Positions 62,766 to 64,000 of a stretch of DNA of 64,000 nt are shown here, piece by piece. The position numbers were made by a program, and so were the translations under genes. The stretch is from Candidatus Methylomirabilota bacterium (GTDB lineage Bacteria > Methylomirabilota > Methylomirabilia > Rokubacteriales > CSP1-6): contig DATBJF010000020.1 of assembly GCA_036556545.1 (NCBI GenBank), positions 24,869-88,868 on the forward strand, written 5' to 3'. Under the pieces are notes generated by a model. It searched no databases. It saw only the letters and a program-made list of their open reading frames with translations, and was not told the DNA's origin. Within the stretch, counting starts at the first letter, position 1. Each line of letters starts with the position of its first letter.

Positions 62766-64000
62766 ATGAGCCCGACGCCACACTTCTCGTATCGCCACGG
62801 CCGCCTCCACTGCGAGGGCGTGTCCCTGGCGCGTCTGGTCGACGCCGTCGGCACGCCGGCCTATGTGTACTCGCGGGCGGCCATGCTCGACAGCTACACC
62901 GCCTACGACGCCGCCTTTCGCGACGTCCCCCACCTCATCTGCTACGCGCTCAAGGCCAACTCCAATCTCGGGGTGGTCTCCACCCTGGCCCGGGCCGGCG
63001 CCGGCGCCGACATCGTCTCCGGGGGCGAGCTGCAGCGCGCGCTGCGCGCCGGCGTGCCGCCGAAGAAGATCATCTTCTCCGGTGTGGGCAAGACGCGCGA
63101 CGAGATGCGCGAGGCGCTCAAGGCCGACATCCTGATGTTCAACGTCGAGTCGCTGAGCGAGCTGCGTGTGCTGGACGAGGTCGCCCGCGAGATGGGCGCG
63201 CGAGCGCCGGTGGCGTTGCGCGTGAACCCGGACGTGGACCCGCAGACGCACAAGTACGTGGCCACCGGCCTCAAGACCTCGAAGTTCGGCATTCCCTACA
63301 CGCAGGCGCTCGCCGCCTACGAGGAAGCAACCCAGCGGCCCGGGCTCGAGGTCGTGGGCGCGCAGATGCACATCGGCTCCCAGCTCACGAAGAGCGCGCC
63401 GTTCGCCGACGCGACCGCGCGCCTCGGCGCCCTCGTGAAGACGCTGCGCGAGCGCCGCGTCGAGATCTCGATGATCGACCTGGGCGGCGGGCTGGGCATC
63501 CGCTATCGCGACGAGGCGCCGCCGACCCCGGCCGAGTACGCCACCGTGCTGCTGCCCGCCCTCCGGGAGCTCGGCCTCACCGTCCTGCTCGAGCCGGGAC
63601 GCTCCATCGTCGGCAACGCCGGCGCCCTGGTGACACGGGTGCTGTACCACAAGGCCACCGAGGCCAAGACCTTCGTCGTGGTGGACGCGGCCATGAACGA
63701 TCTGATCCGGCCGGCCTTCTACGACTCCTATCACGAGATCCTGCCCGTGGCCGCGCCGCGGGCGGGCGCCACCAAGGAGATCGCCGACATCGTGGGGCCC
63801 ATCTGCGAGTCGGGCGACTTCTTCGCCAAGGACCGTGAGCTGGCGCGGCCGGAAGAGGGTGAGCTGCTGGCGCTCATGAGCGCCGGCGCCTACGGCTTTG
63901 TCATGGCCTCCAACTACAATACGCGACCGCGGCCCGTCGAGGTGCTCGTCGACGGTGACCGCTACACGATCGTGCGCCGCCGGGAGACGTTCGAGGACCT
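62766..64000 (+). CDS. lysA: Diaminopimelate decarboxylase (3' end beyond window)
   Basis: ATG 62766, frame open to the window end, so absent from the ORF track. YALKANSN (PLP lysine), GGGLGI, EPGRSIVG and CESGD motifs read from my own translation. Confidence 0.9.
   Translation, partial: MSPTPHFSYRHGRLHCEGVSLARLVDAVGTPAYVYSRAAMLDSYTAYDAAFRDVPHLICYALKANSNLGVVSTLARAGAGADIVSGGELQRALRAGVPPKKIIFSGVGKTRDEMREALKADILMFNVESLSELRVLDEVAREMGARAPVALRVNPDVDPQTHKYVATGLKTSKFGIPYTQALAAYEEATQRPGLEVVGAQMHIGSQLTKSAPFADATARLGALVKTLRERRVEISMIDLGGGLGIRYRDEAPPTPAEYATVLLPALRELGLTVLLEPGRSIVGNAGALVTRVLYHKATEAKTFVVVDAAMNDLIRPAFYDSYHEILPVAAPRAGATKEIADIVGPICESGDFFAKDRELARPEEGELLALMSAGAYGFVMASNYNTRPRPVEVLVDGDRYTIVRRRETFED

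Overview
High-GC (about 70% by eye) bacterial chromosome segment, densely coded. Most long antisense ORFs in the six-frame track are GC-driven shadow ORFs. BamD and an LptM-like lipoprotein point to a diderm host. The lineage cannot be assigned without a database search. I support about 62 protein genes, nearly all core or accessory metabolism. There are no rRNA or tRNA genes, CRISPR arrays, transposases, integrases or recognisable defence/toxin genes.

Main blocks, in order:
- A truncated adenylation enzyme / carrier protein / GNAT-like trio.
- A GldA/F/G-like ABC module with a DUF4340 partner.
- Two divergent MFS-thioesterase units, one of which includes an AAA+ ATPase.
- An eight-gene overlapping operon: gcvT-gcvH-gcvPA-gcvPB-lplA-like-NUDIX-pepA-PHP.
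- A five-gene operon: 2-hydroxyacid dehydrogenase, DUF1445, pxpB, pxpC, class-III aminotransferase.
- A LarA-like / TAXI-TRAP / HlyD operon.
- bamD-ltaE-oppDF.
- Lys/Thr/Arg biosynthesis genes: aminotransferase-hom-thrC, lysC, dapL, argH, lysA.
- comEA-comEC, mltG and plsC.

I cannot point to one clear-cut novel system. The observations most worth following up are:
1. A family of roughly 70-85 bp double-hairpin GC-rich repeats at four loci. One insertion is flanked by an 18-bp duplication that preserves a stop codon and the next gene's RBS. Another copy supplies the C-terminal tail of the lplA-like ORF.
2. A monocistronic, sequence-divergent rpoA outside any ribosomal-protein cluster.
3. A PAS-GAF-GAF sensor whose kinase core lacks the H-box and has degenerate N/G boxes.
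4. An orphan HlyD adaptor plus a 30-aa peptide at the end of a TRAP operon.
5. The edge-truncated A-T-GNAT trio.

All functional calls rest on motif recognition by eye. No searches were run.
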